This document shows, piece after piece, positions 24,437-34,005 of a DNA stretch of 64,000 bases. Within the stretch, counting starts at the first letter, position 1; each line of letters opens with the position of its first letter. Origin of the DNA: Spirochaetia bacterium. GTDB taxonomy: Bacteria > Spirochaetota > Spirochaetia > UBA9216. The notes beneath the pieces were generated by a model. The model worked only from the letters and a program-made list of their open reading frames with translations, did not search any database and was not told the DNA's origin. The stretch spans positions 736,001 to 800,000 of the forward strand of contig OY776510.1 in assembly GCA_963675665.1 (NCBI GenBank), in the 5' to 3' direction. A program made the position numbers and the translations under genes.

Positions 24437-25816
24437 ATGAAAATAATGAAATTCGGCGGCAGCTCCGTAAAGGATGCTGTTCACATCAGAAACGTCGTAT
24501 CGATAATCAGGGCCGAATCAGAAAAAACACAAACCGCGGTTGTCCTTTCCGCCATGAAAGGAATTACAGACGAACTTATTACCTGCGCGGATCTTGCTGA
24601 AAAGGACGATGAAAAATTCATTAGGGCTGTAGAAGCCATAGCCGAAAAGGAAAAATCTACATTCATTGATCTTGTCGGAAAAGAAAAAGAGAAAGACGCT
24701 TTCAGCAATCTTGAGGGCATGCTCAAAGATCTTTACGAGATTCTTCTCGGGGTGAAGATGGTTAAGGAATGTTCTCCGCGAAGCCTCGATCTTATAGTCA
24801 GCTTCGGTGAAAGAATGAATAATACGGTGGCGGCGGCTTATATGCGAAGCATCGGGATCGATGCGGAATATGTTGATACGCGAAACCTTATTCTGACCGA
24901 CAGTACCTACGGATCAGCCAAGGTTAATTACCGGGAAAGCTATAAACGGATACGGGAACATCTTGAAGGTATAAGGGGCATCCCCATGATAACCGGTTTT
25001 ATCGGGGCCAATGAAGACGGTGTTACAACCACGCTTGGGCGAAACGGATCAGACTTCACCGCATCGATAATTGCAGCCGCCACGGACAGCGAAGTTGTTG
25101 AGATCTGGACCGATGTGGACGGCGTTCTCAGCGCTGATCCGAGAAGCGTAAAAAATGCTTATGTCATTCCGGAAATCAGCTACCAGGAAGCTTCAGAGCT
25201 TTCGTATTTCGGAGCCGAGGTTATTCATCCGTATACCATGGTACCGGCCGTCGATCGAGGTATTCCCATACTGATTAAAAATACCCTGAAGCCGGCCGCT
25301 CCGGGAACAGTAATTGCCCGGGATATAACACCGCATGAGCGCCCAATTACAGGCATTGCCTCGATAAATAACATCTCGCTCATCAACGTTGAAGGAAACG
25401 GAATGATAGGCACTCCCGGTATTGCTTCGAAGGTTTTCGGAGCGCTCGCCGACGCCGGAATCAGTGTTATCATGATTTCTCAGGCATCAAGCGAACACAG
25501 CATCTGTCTTGTTTTCAGATCGGCGCAGGCTGAACGCGCACTTGAGACTCTGAACCGCGAACTTGAAACCGAGCTTAAAACAAAACGTATCGAACGTTTT
25601 GCTATCCGTGACGATTTGGAAATAATATCGGTAATAGGCGATAATATGGTCGGCACTCCCGGTATTGCGGGAAAGATCTTCAGCGCGCTCGGAGATGCCG
25701 GCATCAGCATCCTTGCAATTGCACAGGGTTCAAGCGAACGCAGTATTTCGTTTGTGATTGAAAAGAAATACAGTGAAAAGGCGCTTAATACGGTCCATGA
25801 TGCCTTTCTTTCCTGA
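24437..25816 (+). CDS. Aspartate kinase with two ACT domains (ThrA-like N-terminal half, no homoserine dehydrogenase domain)
   Basis: MKFGGSSV, TTTLGRNGSDFTAS, IWTDVDG, MISQASSEHSI and IAQGSSERSIS. Confidence 0.93.
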   Translation: MKIMKFGGSSVKDAVHIRNVVSIIRAESEKTQTAVVLSAMKGITDELITCADLAEKDDEKFIRAVEAIAEKEKSTFIDLVGKEKEKDAFSNLEGMLKDLYEILLGVKMVKECSPRSLDLIVSFGERMNNTVAAAYMRSIGIDAEYVDTRNLILTDSTYGSAKVNYRESYKRIREHLEGIRGIPMITGFIGANEDGVTTTLGRNGSDFTASIIAAATDSEVVEIWTDVDGVLSADPRSVKNAYVIPEISYQEASELSYFGAEVIHPYTMVPAVDRGIPILIKNTLKPAAPGTVIARDITPHERPITGIASINNISLINVEGNGMIGTPGIASKVFGALADAGISVIMISQASSEHSICLVFRSAQAERALETLNRELETELKTKRIERFAIRDDLEIISVIGDNMVGTPGIAGKIFSALGDAGISILAIAQGSSERSISFVIEKKYSEKALNTVHDAFLS

Positions 25817-25874
25817 GGTCCCTGGTCCTCAGGAAAGAATTTGGTAAGAATCGGACTTTGTCCGATTCTTACCA
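25806..25874. repeat. Two tandem perfect hairpins between aspartokinase and thrC
   Basis: 13-bp stem 25806-25818/25827-25839 containing the TGA stop; 15-bp stem 25842-25856/25860-25874 with TTT loop. Confidence 0.85.
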
Positions 25875-25926
25875 TTTTAAAACTACTAAATTTTGATACA
25901 GACTGATTTGCGAAGGATAAGGATAT

Positions 25927-27276
25927 ATGAGGTTTTTAAGTACAAGAGATAAAAACAACCGGGTTTCGTTCAAGGAAGCCATATTCAGGGGTCTTGCTCC
26001 GGACGGGGGTCTCTATATGCCGGAACTAATTCCGGATTTAAAGGATCTTATTGATTCATTCACGCCGGAAACTCCCTTTAATACTATTGCCACAGAGATT
26101 ACGCACGCGCTTTTATCGGAAGAGTTCGATAAAAATGCCGCTGAACGTGTTTGCAGCAGGGCTTTCGATTTTACCCCTGAAATTGTTGAAATCGACAGGA
26201 ATATAAGCATCCTTGAACTGTATCACGGCCCGTCATGCGCGTTTAAAGACTTTGGGGCTTCTTTTCTTGCTTCGACGATGGAGGAATTCCTTAAAACCGA
26301 TTCACGCGAAGCTACAATTCTTACCGCTACAAGCGGCGATACAGGCAGCGCTGTGGCCCGCGCTTTTTACGAAAAGAAAAACATCAATGTTATCATTTTA
26401 TATCCGTCAGGACGCGTCAGCCCGCTTCAGGAGAAACAGTTAACCACCCTCGGTAAAAATATACGAGCCCTCGAGGTAAAAGGGTCTTTCGATGACTGTC
26501 AGCGCATGGTTAAGGAAGCCTTTCTGGATCGCGAACTCTCGGAAAAACTGAATCTTACCTCGGCAAATTCGATAAGTCTGGGCCGGCTTATTCCGCAGTC
26601 GTTCTATTACATCTGGGCATGGGCACAGGCTGCCGCCGACCGCGGCAACGAAGGTCGTTCCGGCAAAGGTCGCTCCGACCTCTGGTTCTGCGTACCGAGC
26701 GGTAATTTCGGAAACCTGACAGCAGGAATCATGGCCCACAGCTGGGGTATGGGCAATAAAGGTTTTATTGCCGCGACAAATATAAATGATGTTGTGCCGG
26801 AATACCTTAAAAGCGGGGAATTCAAACCCCGAGCATCAAAACTCACTTTGTCTAACGCCATGGACGTCGGCAACCCGAGCAACTTCGAGCGGATGCTTGA
26901 AATATTCGAGCAGTCTCACGAAAAAATGTCAGATCTGATAAAGGAAGAAGTAATTACCGACGGCGAAACAAGCGATACCATCAGAAACCTGCTTTCAGAC
27001 CTGAAATATGAAAGTGATCCGCATACGGCTGTCGGATACCTTGCGTCAAAGCGGTTCCTGCAAAAAACGTCATCCGGCGCCGTATCTGCAGGCGGGGAGC
27101 CTCGGATAATCAGCCTTTCAACGGCGCACCCCGGAAAATTCACCGAGGTTTTTGAAGAAGCTACGGGAAACAAACCGGAGCTGCCGGAGCGTTTACAGAA
27201 GGTAATGAAACTTGAGAAGGTTTCGACGGTTGTGGGAAATACGCTGGAAGAGATGAAGACCGTTATCGGCGGGTAA
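25927..27276 (+). CDS. thrC: Threonine synthase
   Basis: GLAPDGGLYMP, ELYHGPSCAFKDFG, ATSGDTGSA, VPSGNFGN and TAHPGKF. Confidence 0.96.
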   Translation: MRFLSTRDKNNRVSFKEAIFRGLAPDGGLYMPELIPDLKDLIDSFTPETPFNTIATEITHALLSEEFDKNAAERVCSRAFDFTPEIVEIDRNISILELYHGPSCAFKDFGASFLASTMEEFLKTDSREATILTATSGDTGSAVARAFYEKKNINVIILYPSGRVSPLQEKQLTTLGKNIRALEVKGSFDDCQRMVKEAFLDRELSEKLNLTSANSISLGRLIPQSFYYIWAWAQAAADRGNEGRSGKGRSDLWFCVPSGNFGNLTAGIMAHSWGMGNKGFIAATNINDVVPEYLKSGEFKPRASKLTLSNAMDVGNPSNFERMLEIFEQSHEKMSDLIKEEVITDGETSDTIRNLLSDLKYESDPHTAVGYLASKRFLQKTSSGAVSAGGEPRIISLSTAHPGKFTEVFEEATGNKPELPERLQKVMKLEKVSTVVGNTLEEMKTVIGG

Positions 27277-27301
27277 ATACGTTAAGCCTGACCGATAACT
27301 G

Positions 27302-28489
27302 CTAAATTTTAATATTCGGAGCATTATCCCTGGAAATGCACCGAAGCGGAATTTCAGGATATAATGATGTAAACGTTTTATATTTGGACGCTGAAAAATT
27401 CATGTCGCTCCATTTAATCTCATAAGCTTTCTCGCGGCGGATAATAAAATCGACTTCATGCTGTTTGGCGGTACGCCAAAATGCAATATCTTCTTCACGA
27501 TATAAATCCAGAAAAAATCTGAAAACTGTCTGCTCAAGCAGCGCTCCTTTATCAGGGCGGACAGCAAAAGGTGAAAAATCATTATAAAACCTGTTTCGTA
27601 AACCATGATCATTAAAATAGATTTTCGGCATTTTCGTCAGCTCTTTTCTCAAATTCGAAAAAAACGGTTTTACAACGGTTATATGACAGGAAAGCCTCAT
27701 GGTTCTTATATACGAATCAACAGTAAGTCTGTTTATCCCAAGTGTGCCTGCGCATTCATTCGAATTAAACAGACTTCCAATCTGTGTGCTTAAGATTCGC
27801 ATCAGGTATACATATTTATCCGTTTTTGTAACGCCTGCTTCCAATGCATCTTTTTTCACATATGAATCTGCCAGCTCGGTTAAAATATCCTGTTTCTCCT
27901 GTTCATCATCAGTCAGAATTACTTCAGGATACCCTCCATAAACAGCATACTCATCCAGCAGTTCATCAAGTCTGCGCTGAACAGGTATTGAGAACTGCCG
28001 GCCTGTATGGATTGCTTCGGCTTCTTCAAATTCCCGATATACAAGATATTCCCTGAAACTGACGGTATCAAGATTGAACAACCGCTTTCTGCCGGCAAGA
28101 GAATCGGTAAATTTTTCATCAATATAAAAACTTGACGATCCGCTGACAAAAAACCTGACTGAATCAGAATATGTATCATACAGATATTTTAAAAAATTGG
28201 ACGGATTATCAAGATACTGTACTTCATCCAGTAAAAAGTAAAAACGCGGTCCGTTTTTAGCCTGCAACGCAAATTTAAATAAATTCTCGGGATGTTCGTT
28301 ACACAATAAAAGCAATTCGGGATCTTCAAACGAAAGATAAGCATGAGGCAATTTTTCACTTTTCAGCCGGTTGCCGATCAGTTTCATTAATGTAGTTTTC
28401 CCAGTCTGTCTTGCCCCGATAAGCAGACATATTGTCTTTTTGGTCAAAAGATGATTTTCCAATGTCTCGAGAATGTTTCTTTTAATCAT
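27302..28489 (-). CDS. AAA_14-type ATPase with DUF4143 and C-terminal restriction-endonuclease-like domain
   Basis: GARQTGKTT, LDEVQ, SGSS, LAGR, YGGYPE, KIYFNDHG and EVDF...EIK. Confidence 0.9.
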   Translation of the reverse strand: MIKRNILETLENHLLTKKTICLLIGARQTGKTTLMKLIGNRLKSEKLPHAYLSFEDPELLLLCNEHPENLFKFALQAKNGPRFYFLLDEVQYLDNPSNFLKYLYDTYSDSVRFFVSGSSSFYIDEKFTDSLAGRKRLFNLDTVSFREYLVYREFEEAEAIHTGRQFSIPVQRRLDELLDEYAVYGGYPEVILTDDEQEKQDILTELADSYVKKDALEAGVTKTDKYVYLMRILSTQIGSLFNSNECAGTLGINRLTVDSYIRTMRLSCHITVVKPFFSNLRKELTKMPKIYFNDHGLRNRFYNDFSPFAVRPDKGALLEQTVFRFFLDLYREEDIAFWRTAKQHEVDFIIRREKAYEIKWSDMNFSASKYKTFTSLYPEIPLRCISRDNAPNIKI

Positions 28490-28495
28490 AACAAC

Positions 28496-28524
28496 ATAAT
28501 ATCAGTATATTTTGTTATTATCAA
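28496..28524 (-). promoter_or_regulatory. Sigma70 promoter predicted to give a leaderless mRNA
   Basis: TTGATA-17 nt-TATTAT (TGn-extended)-6 nt-ATG(28489). Confidence 0.72.
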
Positions 28525-28570
28525 CAACAAAATATACCCTTTTGCTTATAAACCGCACGACATATTACAA

Positions 28571-29689
28571 TCAATCAACATACAGGCGGTACAGCTTTTT
28601 TCCGTCGGAGTCTCTGAAAGGGTTTTTTGTATTTCGGATGAAGGACCGGTAGGCCTTGCAGGCCTCGTAATAGCCTTCGGGGCCCATAAAGGTTGATAGA
28701 AGGTCGCAGCGGTAGACCTCGAGAAGAAGCGGGAAACTGGGGTTTTTCATGGCTTTTTCGGTCCGAAATGTGGGAAGGGTTTTAATTGCGGCGGGAAGCA
28801 TGTGGTTTTCGACAAGAAATCTGATTTTTTTAATTTTATCTTCGGAAAACTCAAGCCTCCGAAGAAAGCGGACTGCGGCGTCTCCGCCTATCTGGGCGTG
28901 GTTGTTAAACCTGTTGCCGTCGACTTCCGTAGAAAACGGTTTTCCAAGATCATGCAGCAGGAGGGCGAGCGAAAGATCAAGATCGTTTGTTTTCCGGTGA
29001 AACAGGGTCTCAAGCGAATGGTCCCAGACATCGCCTTCCGGATGGTATTCCTTGGCCTGATCAATCCCGACAAGCGCGTGCAGTTCGGGCCACAGGGCTT
29101 CGACAACTCCGAAATCGCGCAGCATGGTTAAGCCTGCAGCGGCAAACTCTCCCGACACAACAGCGGAAAGATACAATCTCTGCATAAGAGCCGGCGGCGC
29201 CGGAGCTTCCGGCAGAGGGCCGGATTCAAGCTTTTCCGAAACTGCCTTAAAAACCTTTATCAGGGGCTCCGTCGGTTTAAACCCGAAACAGGACACAAGC
29301 GCCGCCGCCTCGAGAAGGTTCAGAAGGCTGAGATCGGACGGGACAGCCCCCAGCGACAATTCAAGCTCAAGGGCCCTGATTCCGCTGTAACTTCCTGCAG
29401 GATCAAGATATACACCACGCTGACGATCATAATAAAAATTCATCTGCCTTAGCGGGTGCCTCGTCAGTTTATTTATATCATCGACGCAGCTGTAAAAAAC
29501 CTCGGTACCGTCTTTAAAAATTGATGCGTCAACGCCTTCTATTCCCGGATATTTAATATTGTCAAAAGCCTGCGCGATATCGACTACGGATCCTTCCGTC
29601 AGCTCAAATGAGAACCCGGGCAACTGTTTTTTTAAATATTTCGACAGCGAAGCAATACCGTAAAGATAGTTTGGGACTTTCAGACTCAT
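28571..29689 (-). CDS. HD-domain protein related to CCA-adding enzyme/poly(A) polymerase; nucleotidyltransferase head looks degenerate
   Basis: LWPEL...HPEGDVWDHS, LLHDLGKP, HAQIG and HM motifs; no GGxVRD/DxD at the N-terminus. Confidence 0.75.
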   Translation of the reverse strand: MSLKVPNYLYGIASLSKYLKKQLPGFSFELTEGSVVDIAQAFDNIKYPGIEGVDASIFKDGTEVFYSCVDDINKLTRHPLRQMNFYYDRQRGVYLDPAGSYSGIRALELELSLGAVPSDLSLLNLLEAAALVSCFGFKPTEPLIKVFKAVSEKLESGPLPEAPAPPALMQRLYLSAVVSGEFAAAGLTMLRDFGVVEALWPELHALVGIDQAKEYHPEGDVWDHSLETLFHRKTNDLDLSLALLLHDLGKPFSTEVDGNRFNNHAQIGGDAAVRFLRRLEFSEDKIKKIRFLVENHMLPAAIKTLPTFRTEKAMKNPSFPLLLEVYRCDLLSTFMGPEGYYEACKAYRSFIRNTKNPFRDSDGKKLYRLYVD

Positions 29690-29704
29690 AATTCAGTTTT
29701 CAGT

Positions 29705-30316
29705 TTAATATACGCCTGCGGCCTGCGCAACACAGTTAAACATGTCCGATACCTCATTGTCCGTAAAGGCTTCAAGAATCGCTTCCTGCAGAAAAAACGG
29801 CTTGTTGTAATCAAAATATGAATACAGACTGATTAAAGATCTGGACATTCCGTCGTCGGAATCGGGCAGTCTTTCAACATGCCATACCCCCCGATATCCG
29901 TTAAGCGTCTGATCCAGCGACTTTGTAAGCACGCTCTCGAGCGTAAACATGCTTTCGGTGTTCTCAATAAAATTAAGATTTTCAATAAAACTGTATGAAC
30001 GTCCTATGCCGAAAACCTTATAGGAAACCAGTATTCTGCGGCTGATAAGAGCGCTGTTGTTTATTAAAACCCGGCTTTCCTTTACGCTCGGAAAAAGGTC
30101 AGCGGCGCCGTCAAGGTCGGACAGAACATCAACCAGGGTATTAAAATCAGCATCTAGAACAGCCCGGTATTCGGATTCCGAGACAAGGGTCTTTCCTTCC
30201 GGTCCGCGGCCCGATTCTATCCGCCTGCTTACGGATTCCGGCTTTATCCGGCCTTCAGCATAAAGATTTAAACCGAAAACAATGATAATTCCCAGAAATA
30301 TAAAACGTCTGAACAA
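29705..30316 (-). CDS. Secreted SRPBCC/START-like protein (paralog of 38750-39421)
   Basis: Signal peptide; YRGVWHVERL strand; C-terminal helix; colinear similarity to 38750-39421. Confidence 0.6.
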   Translation of the reverse strand: MFRRFIFLGIIIVFGLNLYAEGRIKPESVSRRIESGRGPEGKTLVSESEYRAVLDADFNTLVDVLSDLDGAADLFPSVKESRVLINNSALISRRILVSYKVFGIGRSYSFIENLNFIENTESMFTLESVLTKSLDQTLNGYRGVWHVERLPDSDDGMSRSLISLYSYFDYNKPFFLQEAILEAFTDNEVSDMFNCVAQAAGVY

Positions 30317-30533
30317 GAGATTTCTCCAATGAAATATTTTCGTTGACTTTAAGGGAATGGCGGCATTCTATAGTATTTTTGTAAAGAATGGAAGAGCTCA
30401 GATAAATGAAACTTAAAAACCAGGTATAGAAATACTTTTTCTTGCATATATGAATAATTATGTATAAAAAATAGTTGAATAATATTTCTTTTCCATTTGC
30501 ATAATGACTTTTTAACGTTATTATAGATTAGTT

Positions 30534-32297
30534 ATGAAAAGAATTTGCATAATATTAATATATATTGTCTCATTTTTTTATTATTCCTGTACCCAGTTCA
30601 TTCCTGAAGCGCCTATGGTAACATGTATAACACAATCGAATGACACAACACCAACATGGACCTGGAATATTCCGGCAGGAACGATTGCTTTTCGATACTC
30701 CTTTGATGAAAATGAATCCAACTGGACAGAAGTTGGAATTGAAACAACCAATTTTACAGTCAAAGATTGTTTAATTGATGGAGAATACAGCCTGTACGTA
30801 CAATGCAAAAACATTTTTGACCAGTGGTCATATAGCGGGTTTGATTCAATAACAGTATCCGAGAATAATTTTCTTACATCAATAGAATTTAATGAAACAC
30901 GATGCGGAATTGATTCAGAATCTGCTACAATTTTGTTTCCTTTCTGTGAATTAGACTATGAAGAAATTAATATATCATATAAACCTGATTCTTTAGGTCT
31001 GATTATCGATGGTAATGAAATAAGAGACGGCGACTCTTTCTTTTTAAATGATACAAATATTGATTCTGAAATTATAGTCAGCACGATTGACAGCAAGAAC
31101 AATATTCTTGAATACAGATTATTATTCACAAAACTTCCTGTAGTTCAATTCACTACCGAGAATCTAATAATGGATGCGTCAGATGTGTTTTCAAATTTTA
31201 CTATCTCTTCCTCTTCACTATTCTCCGAGACACATCAAAACCAATCTTTTTCTTCTGATTCTTTTATTCAGATCAGAGGAGCATCTTCACAATATGCGCC
31301 AAAAAAATCATACGCCTTCTGTTTAGCCGATGAAAATAATGTAATCTCCGCATCACTACTTGATATGCAGCCAGATACTAAATGGATTTTAGATGCATTG
31401 TATTATGATCTTTCTAAATGCAGAAATAAGGGATCACTGGATTTATGGTTTTCTTTAACTGATTTTCCTGATATTGATGAGGAAAAGAATAACAATAAAA
31501 TTGAAAGCTGCTATGTTGAACTGTTTTTAAATAATGAATATAAAGGATTATACGTATTAACTCAGCATATTGATGCAGAAATTCTAAAACTTTCTGAAAG
31601 AAACAATGATGATTCTGGTGCATTATATAAAACTATTGCCCATACCGGTGATTACAATCCAACGCAATTTGAGAACTATCGGGAATATGACCCCAATAGT
31701 CTATATTGGGACGGTTTTGAACAATCTTTTCCTGAAAATCCTTACTGGACGCCTATCTATGAATTGGTTAAATTTGTGTCTGATTCGGAAGATAATAATT
31801 TTAAATATGGTATTAAATATAAAATTGATATAGACAATGCAATTAATTATTTATTGTTTACAAATCTCATCCTAGGTATTGATAATCTCAATAAAAACAT
31901 TTTCTATATTAAACCTGATGAAAGTGAAAAACTTTTTTTAGCACCCTGGGACATGGATCGTTCCTGGGGAAGAAATGTCGAGCAAGCGCTTCCGGTTGAT
32001 TACGGAGTATGGTTGACAAACACCTTATTTGACAGATTAATTTCAACTGAATCAGATGATTTTAAAAATAAATTGAAAAGAAGATGGGAGTCCTTAAGAA
32101 GCACTACTTTTTCTGAGAATAATTTAATAAATATATTCCAGAACAATATTAATCTTCTTATAGATTCCGGAGCAGCAGAACGTGACGCAGAAACGTGGCC
32201 GGAACTCCAAACCAATCTCTCAGATGAGTTAACATTTATCGAATCATGGATTAGCGCCCATTTGATATATCTAGATAACTATATAAATGAACTTTGA
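30534..32297 (+). CDS. CotH-family kinase lipoprotein
   Basis: Lipobox YYSC; IRGASS...KKSY, VELFLNNEYKGLYVLTQ, DNLNKNIFY and PWDMDRSWG. Confidence 0.9.
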   Translation: MKRICIILIYIVSFFYYSCTQFIPEAPMVTCITQSNDTTPTWTWNIPAGTIAFRYSFDENESNWTEVGIETTNFTVKDCLIDGEYSLYVQCKNIFDQWSYSGFDSITVSENNFLTSIEFNETRCGIDSESATILFPFCELDYEEINISYKPDSLGLIIDGNEIRDGDSFFLNDTNIDSEIIVSTIDSKNNILEYRLLFTKLPVVQFTTENLIMDASDVFSNFTISSSSLFSETHQNQSFSSDSFIQIRGASSQYAPKKSYAFCLADENNVISASLLDMQPDTKWILDALYYDLSKCRNKGSLDLWFSLTDFPDIDEEKNNNKIESCYVELFLNNEYKGLYVLTQHIDAEILKLSERNNDDSGALYKTIAHTGDYNPTQFENYREYDPNSLYWDGFEQSFPENPYWTPIYELVKFVSDSEDNNFKYGIKYKIDIDNAINYLLFTNLILGIDNLNKNIFYIKPDESEKLFLAPWDMDRSWGRNVEQALPVDYGVWLTNTLFDRLISTESDDFKNKLKRRWESLRSTTFSENNLINIFQNNINLLIDSGAAERDAETWPELQTNLSDELTFIESWISAHLIYLDNYINEL

Positions 32298-32324
32298 GGG
32301 TCCCGATAAAAGAATATCAAGAAC

Positions 32325-34004
32325 TCATTGTAACTGAGTAATCAACTCCGTTCTTCGTTGAATCAAATATTGAAGTCTGTCGTCATAATAGTTGGTAAAC
32401 TGAATCCAGGAAACCTCATCCTCCACTGAAATATTATGCTGAATATCACATATTTCTTTTCTTTTTAAGAAAAATGATAATTCATATTCTGTATTTTGAA
32501 AAACAGCATTTAGATAATCTTCCGTTAAAATATTTTCCAATAAATTCAAAAAAATGCTTTTATATCTATTATATAAAAAGGAGTCCTCTTCAATTGCCTT
32601 ATCCAATATCATTTCATTGCAATAAACCAAACTTCCGGGTGTAAAATTTCCCCAATGCGGAGGCAAAAAAAGATCATCATAATCCCATGCTGAAATTAAA
32701 AAATATGGTTTATCATTTTCAATAATTCCAGGTAAACCATAAAAAAATATTTCATCTGAATAATCACCGTTCTGAACGAAAGTATTAAATGCTATCCAGC
32801 ACATATAACCATCTATATCCATTCTCTTGGAAAGTTCATCATATAATTCAGAACCAGAATAGCTATTTGATAAATCATAAATACTATTATATGTTTCAAT
32901 GTAATTTGATAAATCAATTTGTGCTGAATCGTAATAATATTTTAAATCATATTCGGGGTAATATCTTCTTCTTATTACAAACTCAACTTCCGGTTTTTTT
33001 CTTATAATCCCATCCTGAGTTTTTTCAACCAACATGTACATGCCTAAAGACTGATAATTAAACTCAACTTCAAATAATTTAAATGATGGGACAAACAACC
33101 CAAGCTCACTCAAAATTGTAAATGCCATATGATGGTTCAGATACCCGGTATCAGCATCCATAGATATAAGCAAGAAAGAATCTGCATATACATCTGAAAA
33201 CAGATTTGTATAGTCTCCGGATGGCAATCGAATTTCATAACTCTTACGATTGTACCCTAAAGAACTCGCACCATGAAGATTGATTTCAGCATCCTCAAAT
33301 ACATCATCCCTAAACTCAATATTTATTTCATGCTCGGCCGTATAATCATAACCCACAGGATTTGTTAATGATTCAACAGCATCCTGATCAGCAAATATTC
33401 TAATCTGCCTGTTGTCTTCAATTAATACTTTAACTATATAGTTTTTATATTCATTTAATTCATTTATTGTTCGAACATAAACTATATTTTCTCCGATCTC
33501 CAAATCTTGCGTAGGACGTATAATTTTATTCGAAGCACATTGCCATATATTAAATAATGAATTTATCTTATATTCAATCTCCAAATTGGTTTCAGAAAAA
33601 TCTAATATTGGTCGGTTATTGACTGTAACCAACATCAAGTCTCCCAATTCATTTTTTTCTTCATCAAATGTATTTATATTTATATTCTTAATTAATTCTA
33701 ATCCGTTTTTATTATATTTTACTTCAAAATTATAACTGCCATTTGCAGAAACCGGCGTTAAGATCAAATTGCTATCTGAATCCAGATCCTGCCAATCTTC
33801 ACTATTTATACGGAATTGTAAATCATCAGATAAAATAGTATTATCCCATTGATAAATAATTTCCTGTGTAACAGGTGAATAAAATCCAGATATAATCAGT
33901 TCATCGTTATTGTCCAGACTATGTTCTATTTTAAATAAATTACATGAAGAAAATAGTATCAAAATCAGAAGCCATCCAGGTTTTTTAAAATGACAGTATT
34001 TCAT
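32325..34004 (-). CDS. Second CotH-family kinase lipoprotein (variant catalytic loop)
   Basis: Lipobox FSSC; HGASS...RKSY, LGMYMLVEK, NGDYSDE and AWDYDDLF. Confidence 0.85.
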   Translation of the reverse strand: MKYCHFKKPGWLLILILFSSCNLFKIEHSLDNNDELIISGFYSPVTQEIIYQWDNTILSDDLQFRINSEDWQDLDSDSNLILTPVSANGSYNFEVKYNKNGLELIKNININTFDEEKNELGDLMLVTVNNRPILDFSETNLEIEYKINSLFNIWQCASNKIIRPTQDLEIGENIVYVRTINELNEYKNYIVKVLIEDNRQIRIFADQDAVESLTNPVGYDYTAEHEINIEFRDDVFEDAEINLHGASSLGYNRKSYEIRLPSGDYTNLFSDVYADSFLLISMDADTGYLNHHMAFTILSELGLFVPSFKLFEVEFNYQSLGMYMLVEKTQDGIIRKKPEVEFVIRRRYYPEYDLKYYYDSAQIDLSNYIETYNSIYDLSNSYSGSELYDELSKRMDIDGYMCWIAFNTFVQNGDYSDEIFFYGLPGIIENDKPYFLISAWDYDDLFLPPHWGNFTPGSLVYCNEMILDKAIEEDSFLYNRYKSIFLNLLENILTEDYLNAVFQNTEYELSFFLKRKEICDIQHNISVEDEVSWIQFTNYYDDRLQYLIQRRTELITQLQ

Positions 34005-34005
34005 C

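Noticed and set aside
30320-30530. Attachment site or IS end at the GC-content boundary
   Set aside because: No tRNA, integrase, transposase or repeat matching the other boundary (about 38730) was found by eye.
30534-34004. Sporulation genes (CotH as spore coat protein)
   Set aside because: CotH is a widespread kinase family; these copies are lipoproteins in a diderm context with no sporulation genes nearby.
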